64,000 nucleotides of DNA from an uncultured Holophagales bacterium (GTDB taxonomy: Bacteria > Acidobacteriota > Thermoanaerobaculia > Multivoradales > UBA5704): positions 192,001 through 256,000 of the forward strand of contig CAWJGT010000001.1 of assembly GCA_963842525.1 (NCBI GenBank), read 5' to 3'. How positions within the stretch are numbered: position 1 is the first letter of the stretch; each line of letters begins with the position of its first letter. Of this stretch, positions 30,576 to 40,481 are shown piece by piece. Position numbers and translations under genes: made by a program. The notes under the pieces are model-generated. The model saw nothing but the letters and a program-made list of their open reading frames with translations, was not told where the DNA came from and did not search any database.

Positions 30576-32816
30576 ATGGCGAGCTCTCCGGCATCACGCC
30601 CTCCCAAGGTCTTCATCAGCTACAGCCACGATTCCCCGGAACAGATGGATCGTGCGCTGGCGCTCTCCGACCGTCTGCGTTCGCACGGAGTCGATTCCTG
30701 GATCGACCAGTACGAGACCTCGCCCGCGGAGGGATGGCCTCGGTGGTGCGCGAGACAGGTCCGGGAAGCGGACTTCGTCCTCGTCATCTGCACGGAGACC
30801 TACGAGCGTCGCTTTCGTGGCATCGAAAATGGAGGCCGTGGGCTTGGCTCCGTCTGGGAAGGATACCTCGTCACGCAGGAGCTTCATGACGCGTCGGCCC
30901 GCAATACGAAATTCGTTCCTGTTGTCTTTCCCGGTGCTGTTTCGGAGCACATCCCGGATCTCCTGCGCGGAGTGACCCGCTACGAGGTGGGAGGCGACGG
31001 AGGCTACTGGCAACTCTACCGTCGACTGAGCGGTCAGGCCGAAACCCCTGCGCCACCTCTGGGGGCTCGTGTCCCTCTGCCCGCCCGGGAACGTCGTGCG
31101 GAGCGGTTCACGCTGATTCCCGACCCGCGATACGAGAACGAACAGATGAGAGCCCTGGCCGAGAACCTGGAGAAGGCCTACCGGCGTCTCGAGGAGCAGA
31201 CCGTCGCAGGTGGTGAGACGAGCACCGTCCGTGAAGAGATCCTGCGCCTCAGGCGGGAGATCCGGGACAGCGGAAGGCTTCAGGCCGGAGATTTCCTGGC
31301 TGAAGGTCGCTTCAAGCTCCTCGAGCCGCTGGGCCGCGGCGGTTTTGCCATCGTATGGAAGGCCTACGATCGGCAGCGTCATGAATTGGTCGCGGTCAAG
31401 GTGCTCCACGGTCTCCATGCCGAAGACCGTACGCGGCGAGAGCGTTTCTTTCGGGGTGCCCGGAAGATGGCCGAGCTTCACCACCATGGGATCGTGCGTG
31501 TGCTCGAAAGCCACCTGGAGGACGCGGGCAACCACTTTTTCGTCATGGAGCATGTAGACGGCGGAGATCTCCGCCAGGCAGTGCTCGAAGGCCATCTGCG
31601 GCGGGGCGAGATCCTGCCCCTGATCCTTGCCGTGGGAAGGGCCCTGAGCTTCGCGCACGATCAGGGCGTCATCCATCGGGACGTAAAACCCGCCAACGTC
31701 CTGTTGAACGGGCATGTCCCCAAGCTCACGGACTTCGACCTGGTCCGTGCCTTCGATACGACCGGAGGGACGCAGACCCAGGGCCTTCTGGGCACCTTTC
31801 TTTATACGGCTCCTGAGGTGCTGAGCAACGCCAAGGACGCAGGCATCGCGGCGGACGTCTATTCGCTTGCCATGACGGCGGTGTTTGGGTACTACGGTCG
31901 CGATCTTCCTGCGGACGTCTGGCGCCGGCCGGAGATCTTCCTGGAAAGGATTTCCTGCCCACCGGGGGTACGGGAGGCGCTCTGCCATGGGATCGCCTGG
32001 GAGCCTGAGGAGCGCCCCAACTCGGTCACTGAGCTGTGCCGGAAGCTTCGCGATGGGTTTTCCGGCGACCGGCCGGGTCGGAAGAAGCGAGCCCGCCAGC
32101 CCCAGCCGGGAGAAGAGAGGGTGAACGAAAAGGACGGGTCGATACTGGTCTATGTGCCAGGCGGAGTGTACGCGCTGGGAGCCATAGACATTTCACCTGC
32201 TGAGAAACCCGTCCATCGTGTGCTGCTGAGCCCGTTCTGGATGGCGAGACATCCGGTCACCCACGAACAGTACGGACGCTTCCTCAAGGAAAACCCCGAG
32301 GCTCGCCAACCCGCGCATTGGACGGACCGGCGCTACAACCAGCTCCGACAGCCTGTCGTCGGTGTGAGTTGGGAAGAGGCAAAGGCCTATTGCGCTTGGG
32401 CGGGGCTCCAGCTACCTACCGAGGCTCAGTGGGAGGCTGCGGCCCGGGGGAGAGACCGGCGGCGCTACCCCTGGGGAAACACGGAGCCGAGCCCGGAGCA
32501 CGCCAATTTCAACACCCGGGAAGGCCGGACGATGCCTGTCGGAGCGTATCCGGATGGGGCAGGACCCTTTGGAACGCTGGACCAGGCAGGTAATGTCTGG
32601 GAGTGGTGCGAGGATGTTTGGAATCCCGTGGCCTACCGCGAACGCGATGGAGTGTTGAACCCGGTAAGCGCGTCTGGTGATCCCCTTTTTCGTGCCTTGC
32701 GCGGGGGCTCCTGGCTTGGGTCGACATCGCTTCTTGAGCCAGCATACCGAAGCTGGGCCAGAACCTCGACTCGGATCGGGTACATCGGCTTCCGCTGCTG
32801 TCTGCCGGCTTCTTGA
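30576..32816 (+). CDS. SEFIR/TIR-like + Ser/Thr kinase + FGE-sulfatase (SUMF1-like) multidomain protein
   Basis: KVFISYSHDS; GRGGFA, AVK, HRDVKPAN, DFD, APE; LPTEAQWE.AARG, GNVWEW, RGGSW, GFRC. Confidence 0.92.
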   Translation: MASSPASRPPKVFISYSHDSPEQMDRALALSDRLRSHGVDSWIDQYETSPAEGWPRWCARQVREADFVLVICTETYERRFRGIENGGRGLGSVWEGYLVTQELHDASARNTKFVPVVFPGAVSEHIPDLLRGVTRYEVGGDGGYWQLYRRLSGQAETPAPPLGARVPLPARERRAERFTLIPDPRYENEQMRALAENLEKAYRRLEEQTVAGGETSTVREEILRLRREIRDSGRLQAGDFLAEGRFKLLEPLGRGGFAIVWKAYDRQRHELVAVKVLHGLHAEDRTRRERFFRGARKMAELHHHGIVRVLESHLEDAGNHFFVMEHVDGGDLRQAVLEGHLRRGEILPLILAVGRALSFAHDQGVIHRDVKPANVLLNGHVPKLTDFDLVRAFDTTGGTQTQGLLGTFLYTAPEVLSNAKDAGIAADVYSLAMTAVFGYYGRDLPADVWRRPEIFLERISCPPGVREALCHGIAWEPEERPNSVTELCRKLRDGFSGDRPGRKKRARQPQPGEERVNEKDGSILVYVPGGVYALGAIDISPAEKPVHRVLLSPFWMARHPVTHEQYGRFLKENPEARQPAHWTDRRYNQLRQPVVGVSWEEAKAYCAWAGLQLPTEAQWEAAARGRDRRRYPWGNTEPSPEHANFNTREGRTMPVGAYPDGAGPFGTLDQAGNVWEWCEDVWNPVAYRERDGVLNPVSASGDPLFRALRGGSWLGSTSLLEPAYRSWARTSTRIGYIGFRCCLPAS

Positions 32817-32828
32817 AGAGGCGCCATG

Positions 32829-33358
32829 CTCCGCAGAACCAGTGTCAGCTCACACTGGAGCGATGTCCCGGGACACTGGCCCAGCGTACGCTCCGCAAAC
32901 CCAGTGTCAGCTCACACTGGAGCAATGCCCCGGGACGCTGGCCCAGTGTACGCTCCGCAAACCCAGTGTCAGCTCACACTGGAGCGATGTCCCGGGACAC
33001 TGGCCCAGCGTACGCTCCGCAAACCCAGTGTCAGCTCACACTGGAGCAATGCCCCGGGACGCTGGCCCAGTGTACGCTCCGCAAACCCAGTGTCAGCTCA
33101 CACTGGAGCAATGTCCCGGGACATTGGCTCAGCGTACGCTCCGCAAACCCAGCGTCAGCTCACACTGGAGCAATGCCCCGGGACACTGGCCCAGTGTGCG
33201 CTCCGCAAACCCAGTGTCAGCTCACACTGGAGCAATGTCCCGGTACATTGGCCAAGCGTACGCTCCGCAAAACCGGCGTCAGCTCACACTGGAGCAATGT
33301 CCCGGGGCACTGGCTCAGCGTACGCTCCGCAAACCCAGTGTCCGCTCACACTGGAGCG
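32829..33358. repeat. 62-bp tandem repeat, about 8.5 copies
   Basis: Units start at 32829, 32891, 32953, 33015...; each has a CCAGTGT-cagctc-ACACTGG hairpin. Confidence 0.96.
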
Positions 33359-33377
33359 CGTGCCGGGCCAGGTGCCA

Positions 33378-33557
33378 TCACTTCCAGCCCGCAGACGGTC
33401 GCAGCCGCACGGCGCGCAACACCTCGACATTGGCAAGCTCAATGGTGACGCGTGAGGGCCATGCCGCGAGGCTCTCCATCAGTGCATTGTTCTCCGCTTC
33501 GGGTAGCACCAGCTTGACCAGAGCCGAGGAGTCCAGATAGAGCAGCTCGCCACCCAC
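33378..33557 (-). pseudogene. 3'-truncated VapC/PIN toxin
   Basis: LYLDSSALVKLVLPEAE...ELANVEVLRAVR then ends next to the 62-bp array. Confidence 0.85.
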
Positions 33558-33558
33558 C

Positions 33559-33837
33559 TCAGTCCTCCTGGCGCTGTTCCGTAAGCGCCTCCGAAATCGT
33601 GATCTCGTGGGGCCGATCCGCCGGCGGTCCAAGCTCCGTGAGATCGAGCCGGGCCGGCACGACGCGACCGGCGGCGATCAGCCGCTCCACCGCCGAGCTT
33701 TGCCCCGGCAGCGGCGCCAGGATGGCGACAGGCTCGTTCCGCTCGGTCACCTCGAAGCGTTCTCCCTCGGTCACCCGTCTCAGGTAATGACTGCGGTTCT
33801 GACGCAGCTCGCGGACGCCCACTTGTTGGGCTTTCAT
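33559..33837 (-). CDS. Phd/YefM family antitoxin
   Basis: VGVRELRQN.SHYLRRV..GERFEVTERNEPVAILAP. Confidence 0.9.
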   Translation of the reverse strand: MKAQQVGVRELRQNRSHYLRRVTEGERFEVTERNEPVAILAPLPGQSSAVERLIAAGRVVPARLDLTELGPPADRPHEITISEALTEQRQED

Positions 33838-33854
33838 CTTCCAATCCTCCAACA

Positions 33855-33872
33855 TGTAGCACTTTGTAGCAC
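33855..33872 (-). promoter_or_regulatory. Probable Phd operator (GTGCTACA direct repeat)
   Basis: TGTAGCAC twice, 10 nt apart, just upstream of the antitoxin. Confidence 0.55.
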
Positions 33873-33911
33873 ATTGCGGGAGGGTGTCGCTCGTATTAGC
33901 TTGCGCACTTC

Positions 33912-34407
33912 TCAAGAGCGAAGGTCCAATGGAAGCAGGAGTGTCCAAGACGTGCCGGACTCTCCAACCTTGCGGAAGCTCTCTGACTCGTAGAGATGCC
34001 TCGCGAAATTGGACGGACTCACGCTCAAGCTGAGCGCAGGGAAACCGTCTTCGCGAGCCACGGCAATGAGCGCCCGAACGAGAAGGCGTCCAAGTCCCCG
34101 GGAGCGATGGGCAGGATGCACTGCGACCCCGAGCTTCCGGCGTGCTGGCGTCTACGAAACCGTAGGAATGGAGCTGAGGCGTCCAGAGCCGGAACCAGGC
34201 GGCTCCCAGCCGTGCACCTTTCTCCTCAGCAACGACAGCGCGATCGCCCGGCCGCCCCCAGCCCCCGAGAAACTTTCGGGCTTCTGGTTCTTCCCGAAAC
34301 GCCTCGAGCGAAGGACGTGGTGTATCAGGACTCCAGAAGAATGCCTCGAAGAGCATCTCTTCAAGAAAGACCAGATCTGCCTCGTTGCCTGGCCGGACTT
34401 CCGCCAC
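33912..34407 (-). CDS. GNAT acetyltransferase, frameshift near 34133
   Basis: GAAWFRLW..SYGFVD..TPE / LGVAVHPAHRSRGLG..SLSV..N.A..LYE. Confidence 0.85.
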
Positions 34408-34414
34408 AGGAGCG

Positions 34415-35338
34415 CTACCCGAGCCCGATCTCCTCAAGAGACCGGGCTGTCAGCGCCCTTTTCGCCAGGAAGCTCAAGCGGTCTAAGGAATCGATCTCCT
34501 CGACCTGCCGGCGGACCCGGTCGGGTAAGGCTCCGAAACGCTCGCCGAGGAGATCGAGGAAGAGTGTCCTCGCCCCCTGCTCCCGACCCTCTGCCATCCC
34601 CTCGCGCCGCCCCTCTTTACGTCCCTGCGCGATCATCCGCTCTGACCAGGTCATCGCCATGGTTTGGACCTCCCGGTTCTCGTCGAGGTGGCCCAGAGCC
34701 TGGAACTCCCGGGCCTCCTCAGGTGTCAATTGTATATAGTATTCGACACAGTCGACCAGAAGAAGTCGCTGGACGTCGTTCAGCCCGGCGGAGGCGATCT
34801 TCCGCAGGCAGGCCAGCTTGTGCTCGGCGCGGCTTTGGGAGCCGGGGTCCATCAGGGCCGCCAGGGCCCAGGCCAGAGGCTCCGGCCGGACGAGGAACTC
34901 CGTGGCGTTGCAGCCGGCGAGGCCGAAGCTGACGTAGCGAAAGGCTTCGAGGTCCGCTCCGAGGACATCGTCTTCCAGGGCCTCCCGGTGGATGCCGGGC
35001 TTGCCTCGCTGGACGTAGACCACGATGGAGAGGATCCGGCAGTTGTGGCGAGCCTGAATCTGTCCCCGGTAGTCCCTGAGCCGCTTTCCCATCCCATCGG
35101 TCGCGCGGGCCTCGATCTCCACGTGCACGAACAGGTGCTCGCGCCGTCTCTTCCGCAGAGGCACTTTCGCGAGGAGATCGAGCTCGCGGCGGGTCCCCTT
35201 CCGCCAGTCCGTGAAGAACTCCTTGTCCAGGAAGACCGCCCTGGAGAGGTTGAGCTTCTCTGCGATCTGGGGGACGACCAGGCGCAGGAGGTCGGGTAGA
35301 AAGGCCCTGAACAGGCCCTTGAAGATCCGGTCATGCAT
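34415..35338 (-). CDS. Rpn/YhgA-like PD-(D/E)XK putative transposase (DUF4351-type C-terminus)
   Basis: HDRIFKGLF..F, FLDKE, DLLAKV, HVEIE, GRKEGRREG, RFGALP. Confidence 0.85.
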   Translation of the reverse strand: MHDRIFKGLFRAFLPDLLRLVVPQIAEKLNLSRAVFLDKEFFTDWRKGTRRELDLLAKVPLRKRRREHLFVHVEIEARATDGMGKRLRDYRGQIQARHNCRILSIVVYVQRGKPGIHREALEDDVLGADLEAFRYVSFGLAGCNATEFLVRPEPLAWALAALMDPGSQSRAEHKLACLRKIASAGLNDVQRLLLVDCVEYYIQLTPEEAREFQALGHLDENREVQTMAMTWSERMIAQGRKEGRREGMAEGREQGARTLFLDLLGERFGALPDRVRRQVEEIDSLDRLSFLAKRALTARSLEEIGLG

Positions 35339-35495
35339 GACGCGGCGTCTCCCGGAGGACGGGGCTGCCGTCCCTCGGCGCGCACGCCTCCGTGTCTACC
35401 CCTTAAAAAGACGAAAAACCGTACCCAAATCTGTCATAACTCGGCAAAGTTGTTGAAATCTGGCGTTCCGCCTTGAATGTTCAGGGTGCCTGCGG

Positions 35496-35526
35496 AAACG
35501 AAAAGGGCGGGTTTCCCCGCCCTTTC
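35496..35526 (-). terminator. Intrinsic terminator of ctpA
   Basis: AAAGGGCGGG-gaaa-CCCGCCCTTTT followed by T-rich tail on the minus strand. Confidence 0.8.
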
Positions 35527-35561
35527 AGCCGTTCGAGCCCCACCCGCAGGCAGGGCAGCGT

Positions 35562-37196
35562 CTACAGCTTCCCCTTCGGGCTCTCCTCGCCGCGCTGGAT
35601 GCGCGGGTTGGCGATGTTGATCTCGCGACGCTGGGCGAGCATCGTGGCGGCGCGCTCGAAGAGGTTGAGGGCGGACTGGATCTGCGGATCGCCCCCGGCG
35701 AGCACGCGGTGCCGGGCTTCCTGGCCGAAGAGGCCGTTCAGGATCTCCGCCCGGGTCTGGAGCTCGACGTAGTCGCGGACCTCTTCCTTGGCGAAGGCCT
35801 CGTCGACCTCCTGCTGCGTCGCGAGCTTCTCCTTGACCAGCCAGTCCTTGAACTGGTCCACCACTTCCGGGCCGGGCTTCCAGTCGGCCGATTTGATGCG
35901 CGCCTTGTTGCGGCCCATGTAGTCGATGCCGAAGCTCAGGTAGGCGTTGCGCGCCAGCAGGAACTGTGAGAAGGGCGAGAGCTCCTCGTCCTTGACCACC
36001 ACGTCCGGGGTGATGCCGCCGCCGCCGTAGACCTTGCGGCCCAGGTCGGTGCGGAAGATCTCGTCGGGCGTCACCTCTTTGCCGAGCATCTCGGGGGAGC
36101 CGGCGTCGGCGTGGGTGTAGTAGTCGAAGTAGGAGCTGTAGTCGCGCTGGATCAGCCGGCCCGACGGCGTGTAGTACTTGGCCGTGGTGAGAGCCAGGCC
36201 CGCGCCGTAGGAGAGGTTGTAGACGGTCTGGACCAGCCCCTTGCCCCAGCTCGGGGTGCCGACCACGAGGCCGCGGTCGTGGTCCTGGATCGCGCCCGAG
36301 AGGATCTCAGCCGCCGAAGCGGTCCCCTCGTTGATCAGCACCACCACGGGCACGTCGAGGGCCGGATACTTGCCGCTCGCCTTGTAGGACTGGTAGGAGT
36401 CGCGCGTCCGGCCCTTGGTCTCGACGATCGTGCTGTCCTCGGGCAGGAACTGGTCGGCCACCTCGATCGCCTGGTCGAGCAGGCCGCCGCCGTTGTTGCG
36501 GACGTCGACCAGGAGCTGCTTCATGCCCTGTGCCTTGAGCTTGTCGATCGCCTCGGCCACCTCGCGGCCGGTGCCGCGGGAGAACTCGGTTACCTGGAGG
36601 TAGCCCGTGGTCGGAGTGAGCATGTAGGACTGGCGCACCGTGGTCTGCGGGATCTCGGCCCGGGTGACCGACATGGCGAGCGGCTCCGGGAGGCCGCGGC
36701 GCACGATGGAGATCTTCACCTGCGTGCCTTTGGGCCCCTTGAGCTTCTGCACCGCCTCGTCGAGGGACATGGAGTCCGTGGGCTCGCCCTCGATCGTGCT
36801 GATCACGTCGCCCGCCTGGATCCCCATGCGCGAGGCCGGAGTCCCTTCGAGGGGCGAGATCACCGTGAGCTGCCCGTTGCGCACCCCGACGAGGATGCCC
36901 AGACCGTAGAAGCTGGTCTGCTGCTTCTCCCGCATCCCCTCGTAGGCCTCGGGCGGGAGGAAGTTGGTGTGCGGGTCGAGCGCCCGGATCATGCCGTTGA
37001 TCGAGGAGTAGACGAGGTCGCGGTAGCTCACCTCGGCGCCGTACTTCTCGTGCGCCACGTTGAGCAGCTCGGTGTAGAGCCGGAGGGAGTCGCGCGTCTC
37101 GTTGGTCAGGGCGAGGAGGCGGTCGCCCACCAGGCCGCCCACGACCAGGGACAGGGTGAACAGAGCGATTGCGGTGATGCGCCAGGAACGTCTCAT
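35562..37196 (-). CDS. ctpA: S41 carboxyl-terminal processing protease
   Basis: LDPH, PDZ, DVRNNGGGLL, TASAAEI, GKGLVQ, YYTPSGRLIQ. Confidence 0.95.
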   Translation of the reverse strand: MRRSWRITAIALFTLSLVVGGLVGDRLLALTNETRDSLRLYTELLNVAHEKYGAEVSYRDLVYSSINGMIRALDPHTNFLPPEAYEGMREKQQTSFYGLGILVGVRNGQLTVISPLEGTPASRMGIQAGDVISTIEGEPTDSMSLDEAVQKLKGPKGTQVKISIVRRGLPEPLAMSVTRAEIPQTTVRQSYMLTPTTGYLQVTEFSRGTGREVAEAIDKLKAQGMKQLLVDVRNNGGGLLDQAIEVADQFLPEDSTIVETKGRTRDSYQSYKASGKYPALDVPVVVLINEGTASAAEILSGAIQDHDRGLVVGTPSWGKGLVQTVYNLSYGAGLALTTAKYYTPSGRLIQRDYSSYFDYYTHADAGSPEMLGKEVTPDEIFRTDLGRKVYGGGGITPDVVVKDEELSPFSQFLLARNAYLSFGIDYMGRNKARIKSADWKPGPEVVDQFKDWLVKEKLATQQEVDEAFAKEEVRDYVELQTRAEILNGLFGQEARHRVLAGGDPQIQSALNLFERAATMLAQRREINIANPRIQRGEESPKGKL

Positions 37197-37276
37197 AGCT
37201 CTAAGAGTGTAGCATCCCCGGGGCCGGTCCTTGACTTTGAGGGGTGGCGGCTCGATGATCGGCAGGGAGACCCGCG

Positions 37277-37606
37277 ATGTTCGGCCTCGGCGTACCTGAG
37301 CTCATCTTCATCTTCGTGCTGGCGCTGCTCATCTTCGGCCCGAAGCGGCTGCCCGAGCTGGGCCGTACCGTCGGCCGGGGACTATCCGAGTTCCGCAAGG
37401 CGTCGAACGATCTGCAGCGGACGCTCAATACCGAGCTGGCGCTCGACGAGCCGGTCGTGCCGCCGTCGCTCCGCCCGAACCGGCTGCTGGACTCCCTGGT
37501 CAACCCGCGGACGGCTGCTCCGGCCGCTCCCATGGCACACGCCGTGCCGGTTCTCGAGTCACCGCAGGAGCAGCCCCCTGTGAACGAGCCGGTCGAGCCC
37601 CAGTAG
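37277..37606 (+). CDS. tatA: Twin-arginine translocase TatA/TatB family subunit
   Basis: MFGLGVPELIFI..ALLIFGPKRLPELGR. Confidence 0.88.
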   Translation: MFGLGVPELIFIFVLALLIFGPKRLPELGRTVGRGLSEFRKASNDLQRTLNTELALDEPVVPPSLRPNRLLDSLVNPRTAAPAAPMAHAVPVLESPQEQPPVNEPVEPQ

Positions 37607-37633
37607 CCGCACTCTGGCCGCCCCTAGCCCCTG

Positions 37634-38410
37634 ATGGCACATCAGCCCGCGCGCATCCCGGCCCCGCCGACCGAGGAGGAGCTGTCCCGCATGTCGCTCC
37701 TCGAGCATCTGGAGGAGCTGCGCAAGCGCATTTTCTGGGCGCTCCTCAGTCTGGTCGTGGCGTTCGGCCCCTGCTGGTACTTCCACCAGCAGATCTTCGC
37801 CTTCCTCGAGAGGCCTATCAAGGAGCTGAGGCCGGACGAGAAGCTGGTCTTCACCGGGCTGACCGACCCTTTCATCCTCTACTTCAAGGTGTCGACGCTG
37901 GCGGCGCTGTTCCTTGCCGCGCCGTTCGTCCTCTACCAGCTCTGGCAGTTCGTGGCCCCGGGCCTCTACAAGCGCGAGCGCTTCTTCCTGATCCCCTTCC
38001 TGCTCTTCGGCTCGCTGTTTTTCCTGGGCGGCGGGGCCTTCGCCTACTACGTGGCGTTCCCGCGGGCCGCGGACTTCCTGCTGTCGATGGGGGAGAGATT
38101 CGAGCTGATGCTCACGATCGAGCGCTACTACAGCTTCCTGCTGACGATGATCCTCGGCATGGGGCTGATGTTCGAGCTGCCGGTCGTGATCCTGGTGCTC
38201 GCGGGGCTCGGCGTGGTGACTCCGCGTTTCCTGCTGCGCCACTTCCGCTGGGCGGTCCTCGTCATCTTCGTCGTCTCCGCGATCATCACGCCCACCCCGG
38301 ACGTGGTCAACATGTGCGTCTTCGCCATCCCCGCACTGGGGCTCTATCTGCTGGGCATTGCCGCAGCCTACATGGTGGCGCCGAAGGCTAACCGTACCCC
38401 AGAGCCTTGA
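37634..38410 (+). CDS. tatC: Twin-arginine translocase TatC
   Basis: LLEHLEELRKR, FVAPGLY, FELP, ITPTPD. Confidence 0.95.
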   Translation: MAHQPARIPAPPTEEELSRMSLLEHLEELRKRIFWALLSLVVAFGPCWYFHQQIFAFLERPIKELRPDEKLVFTGLTDPFILYFKVSTLAALFLAAPFVLYQLWQFVAPGLYKRERFFLIPFLLFGSLFFLGGGAFAYYVAFPRAADFLLSMGERFELMLTIERYYSFLLTMILGMGLMFELPVVILVLAGLGVVTPRFLLRHFRWAVLVIFVVSAIITPTPDVVNMCVFAIPALGLYLLGIAAAYMVAPKANRTPEP

Positions 38411-40283
38411 GGCGCGCCCTCTCCTCGTCGGTCTGCTCCCGGGCCTTGGGCTGCGGCCGGCTTTGGCGGTCGGCGAGCCAGCGGCGGAGAAGGTCGGAGA
38501 GCTGAGCCTCGGCCGGGAGGCCCTGGCCGGCGAGGTTGCGGGTCTCGCCCGGATCGGCCTTCAGGTCGTAGAGGTAGGCGCCGTCGGCGAAGAACTTGGT
38601 GTTTCCCTGGCTGAGGATGTACTTGTGGTCCGGGGTGCGGACCATCAGGCCGAGCCGGCCGGCATGCTCGGCGAAGATGGCGCGCCGCCCGTGCTTCCCC
38701 TCGCCGGTCAGCTCGCGCAGGTCCTTGCCGTTCTGCGACGGCACTTCGAGGCCGGCCGCCTTGACGAGGGTGGGGAAGAGGTCGAGGGTCTCGACCAGGC
38801 CGTGGATGCGCTGCCCCTGCCGCTCGCTGCCCGGCCAGCGGATCATCAGGGGCACGTGGGTGGTCGTGTCGTGGAGCCCGACGTGACGGTAGCGGACACC
38901 GTGCTCGCCGAGGCCCTCGCCATGGTCCGCCACCACGGCGACGACGGTGTTTTCCAGCAGGCCCCGGCTCTCCAGGAACCCGAGGAGGCGGCCCACCTGG
39001 CGGTCGAGGTAGGCGACCTCGCCGGCGTAGAGGTCGCGGTTCCCGCCCAGGACTGGCTCGTCGAAGTACCGCGGTCCGGTGGGCCGGAACGGGGCCCACT
39101 TCCGCACCGGGCCGAGGCCGGCGGGCGCGGCCGGGCGAAAGCCCAGGGAGAAAGGCTCCGGCGGGGTGTGGGGCGTGTGCGGGTCGAAGAGGTGGATCCA
39201 GGCGAAGAACGGGCGCTTCTCGGCGACATCACGGCCCGAGAGCCAGTCGAGGGTCATGTCGACCGCGATCTCGCCCGAGAAGTGCTCGGTGGCGCGGGTG
39301 ACCTCGTCGAAGCCCTGGCCGAGCCCCGAGTTGTGGTCTCCCAGGTGGGCGGCGGAGATGAGGGCCAGGGTCTCGTAGCCGGCCCCCTTCAGGATCTCGG
39401 GGAGGGTCGTCTGGCTCCGCGGCAGGGGCGTGCGCAGGTCGTAGACGCCATGGTTCTTGCCGTAGAGGCCGGTGAGGATCGAGGCGAAGCTCGGGTTGGT
39501 GACGTTGAAGACGCTGTAGGCGTCGAGCCAGACGTCGCTCTGCTCCGCCAGGCGGTCCATGGCCGGGGTGAGGCTGGGCTTGCGGCCCCAGGCGCCCACG
39601 TGGTCGGCGCGCAGAGTATCGATCCCGATCAGGAGGATGTTGGGCCGGCCCGGGCTCGCGGGGGGCTTCGCCGGCGCCGTGCCGCGCTGGTAGACCGCGG
39701 GGCTTCCCCAGAGAGCCGAAGGGAACGGCAGGCCGCGAGCGATCACCTCGGGCGGCGCCCGGAGCTCGAGGATGAGGTCGATCTCACGGCCGGCAAATGC
39801 CGAGAGATCAACCTCGATCGCGGCGGGAGCGATCGGTCCCATCGGCGCGACCGGGGCCTCCTGGACCCCGACGACCTTGCCCGGCGCCTCGCGCAGCTCG
39901 ACCCGGTAGGTGCAGGGACACGGTTTCTCGGCGCCCAGGGGGATGAATGAGAAGTAGGCCTCCGGGCCGACCTTGAGGTGCCAGACGAGGCGGGAGCCGG
40001 CCACCTGCTCCAGGGCCCGGACCTGCCCGGCCGTGCGCCGCGGGAAGGCGATGAGCTGCTGGGGCGCGACCAGGCGCATGTCCCGCACCTCCTCGGCGCC
40101 GAGGAACGAGATCCGCTGGATCGACACCCGCAGCCACTTGTTGTCGATCGGCATGGCCTCGACCTTCGGCTTGGCCTGCCACAGGTCGAACCGCTCCCAC
40201 GGCAGCTCCGGAGGCACAGCCGGCTCCCGCCGGCAGGCGGTGAGCAGGAGGAGGGCGAGGAGCGGGAGGAAACGGCGAATCAC
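38388..40283 (-). CDS. Sulfatase / alkaline phosphatase superfamily lipoprotein
   Basis: LLLTAC lipobox, PNILLIGIDTLRADH, TNPS, DPHTP, ADHGE, RLKALGY. Confidence 0.88.
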   Translation of the reverse strand: MIRRFLPLLALLLLTACRREPAVPPELPWERFDLWQAKPKVEAMPIDNKWLRVSIQRISFLGAEEVRDMRLVAPQQLIAFPRRTAGQVRALEQVAGSRLVWHLKVGPEAYFSFIPLGAEKPCPCTYRVELREAPGKVVGVQEAPVAPMGPIAPAAIEVDLSAFAGREIDLILELRAPPEVIARGLPFPSALWGSPAVYQRGTAPAKPPASPGRPNILLIGIDTLRADHVGAWGRKPSLTPAMDRLAEQSDVWLDAYSVFNVTNPSFASILTGLYGKNHGVYDLRTPLPRSQTTLPEILKGAGYETLALISAAHLGDHNSGLGQGFDEVTRATEHFSGEIAVDMTLDWLSGRDVAEKRPFFAWIHLFDPHTPHTPPEPFSLGFRPAAPAGLGPVRKWAPFRPTGPRYFDEPVLGGNRDLYAGEVAYLDRQVGRLLGFLESRGLLENTVVAVVADHGEGLGEHGVRYRHVGLHDTTTHVPLMIRWPGSERQGQRIHGLVETLDLFPTLVKAAGLEVPSQNGKDLRELTGEGKHGRRAIFAEHAGRLGLMVRTPDHKYILSQGNTKFFADGAYLYDLKADPGETRNLAGQGLPAEAQLSDLLRRWLADRQSRPQPKAREQTDEERARLKALGYG

Positions 40284-40481
40284 GGCCCGGGAGTTTAGAA
40301 CACCCGGTCGTAGACGTCGCGCAGAGCCAGCCTGCAGCCGATCGAGGGGGAGCTCGACGGAATCCTCGATCCGGTCCGTCTCGGTCAACAGCCAGCCGTC
40401 CTTCTGGCGCACCCAGTGCTCCTCGACGGTAACCCGCTGCTTCGGTTCCGATGCCATAGAACCAATGTAGCACAGCCCGGA

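Noticed and set aside
32690-32816. DGR variable region in the FGE domain
   Set aside because: No template repeat or reverse transcriptase in the window, and many variable-position codons do not end in C/T as AAY-derived codons would.
32829-33358. CRISPR array (62-bp period)
   Set aside because: Whole units are near-identical, so there are no unique spacers.
33890-33912. attC after the GNAT gene
   Set aside because: Only a weak GCTAAT box; no palindrome or GTTRRRY partner.
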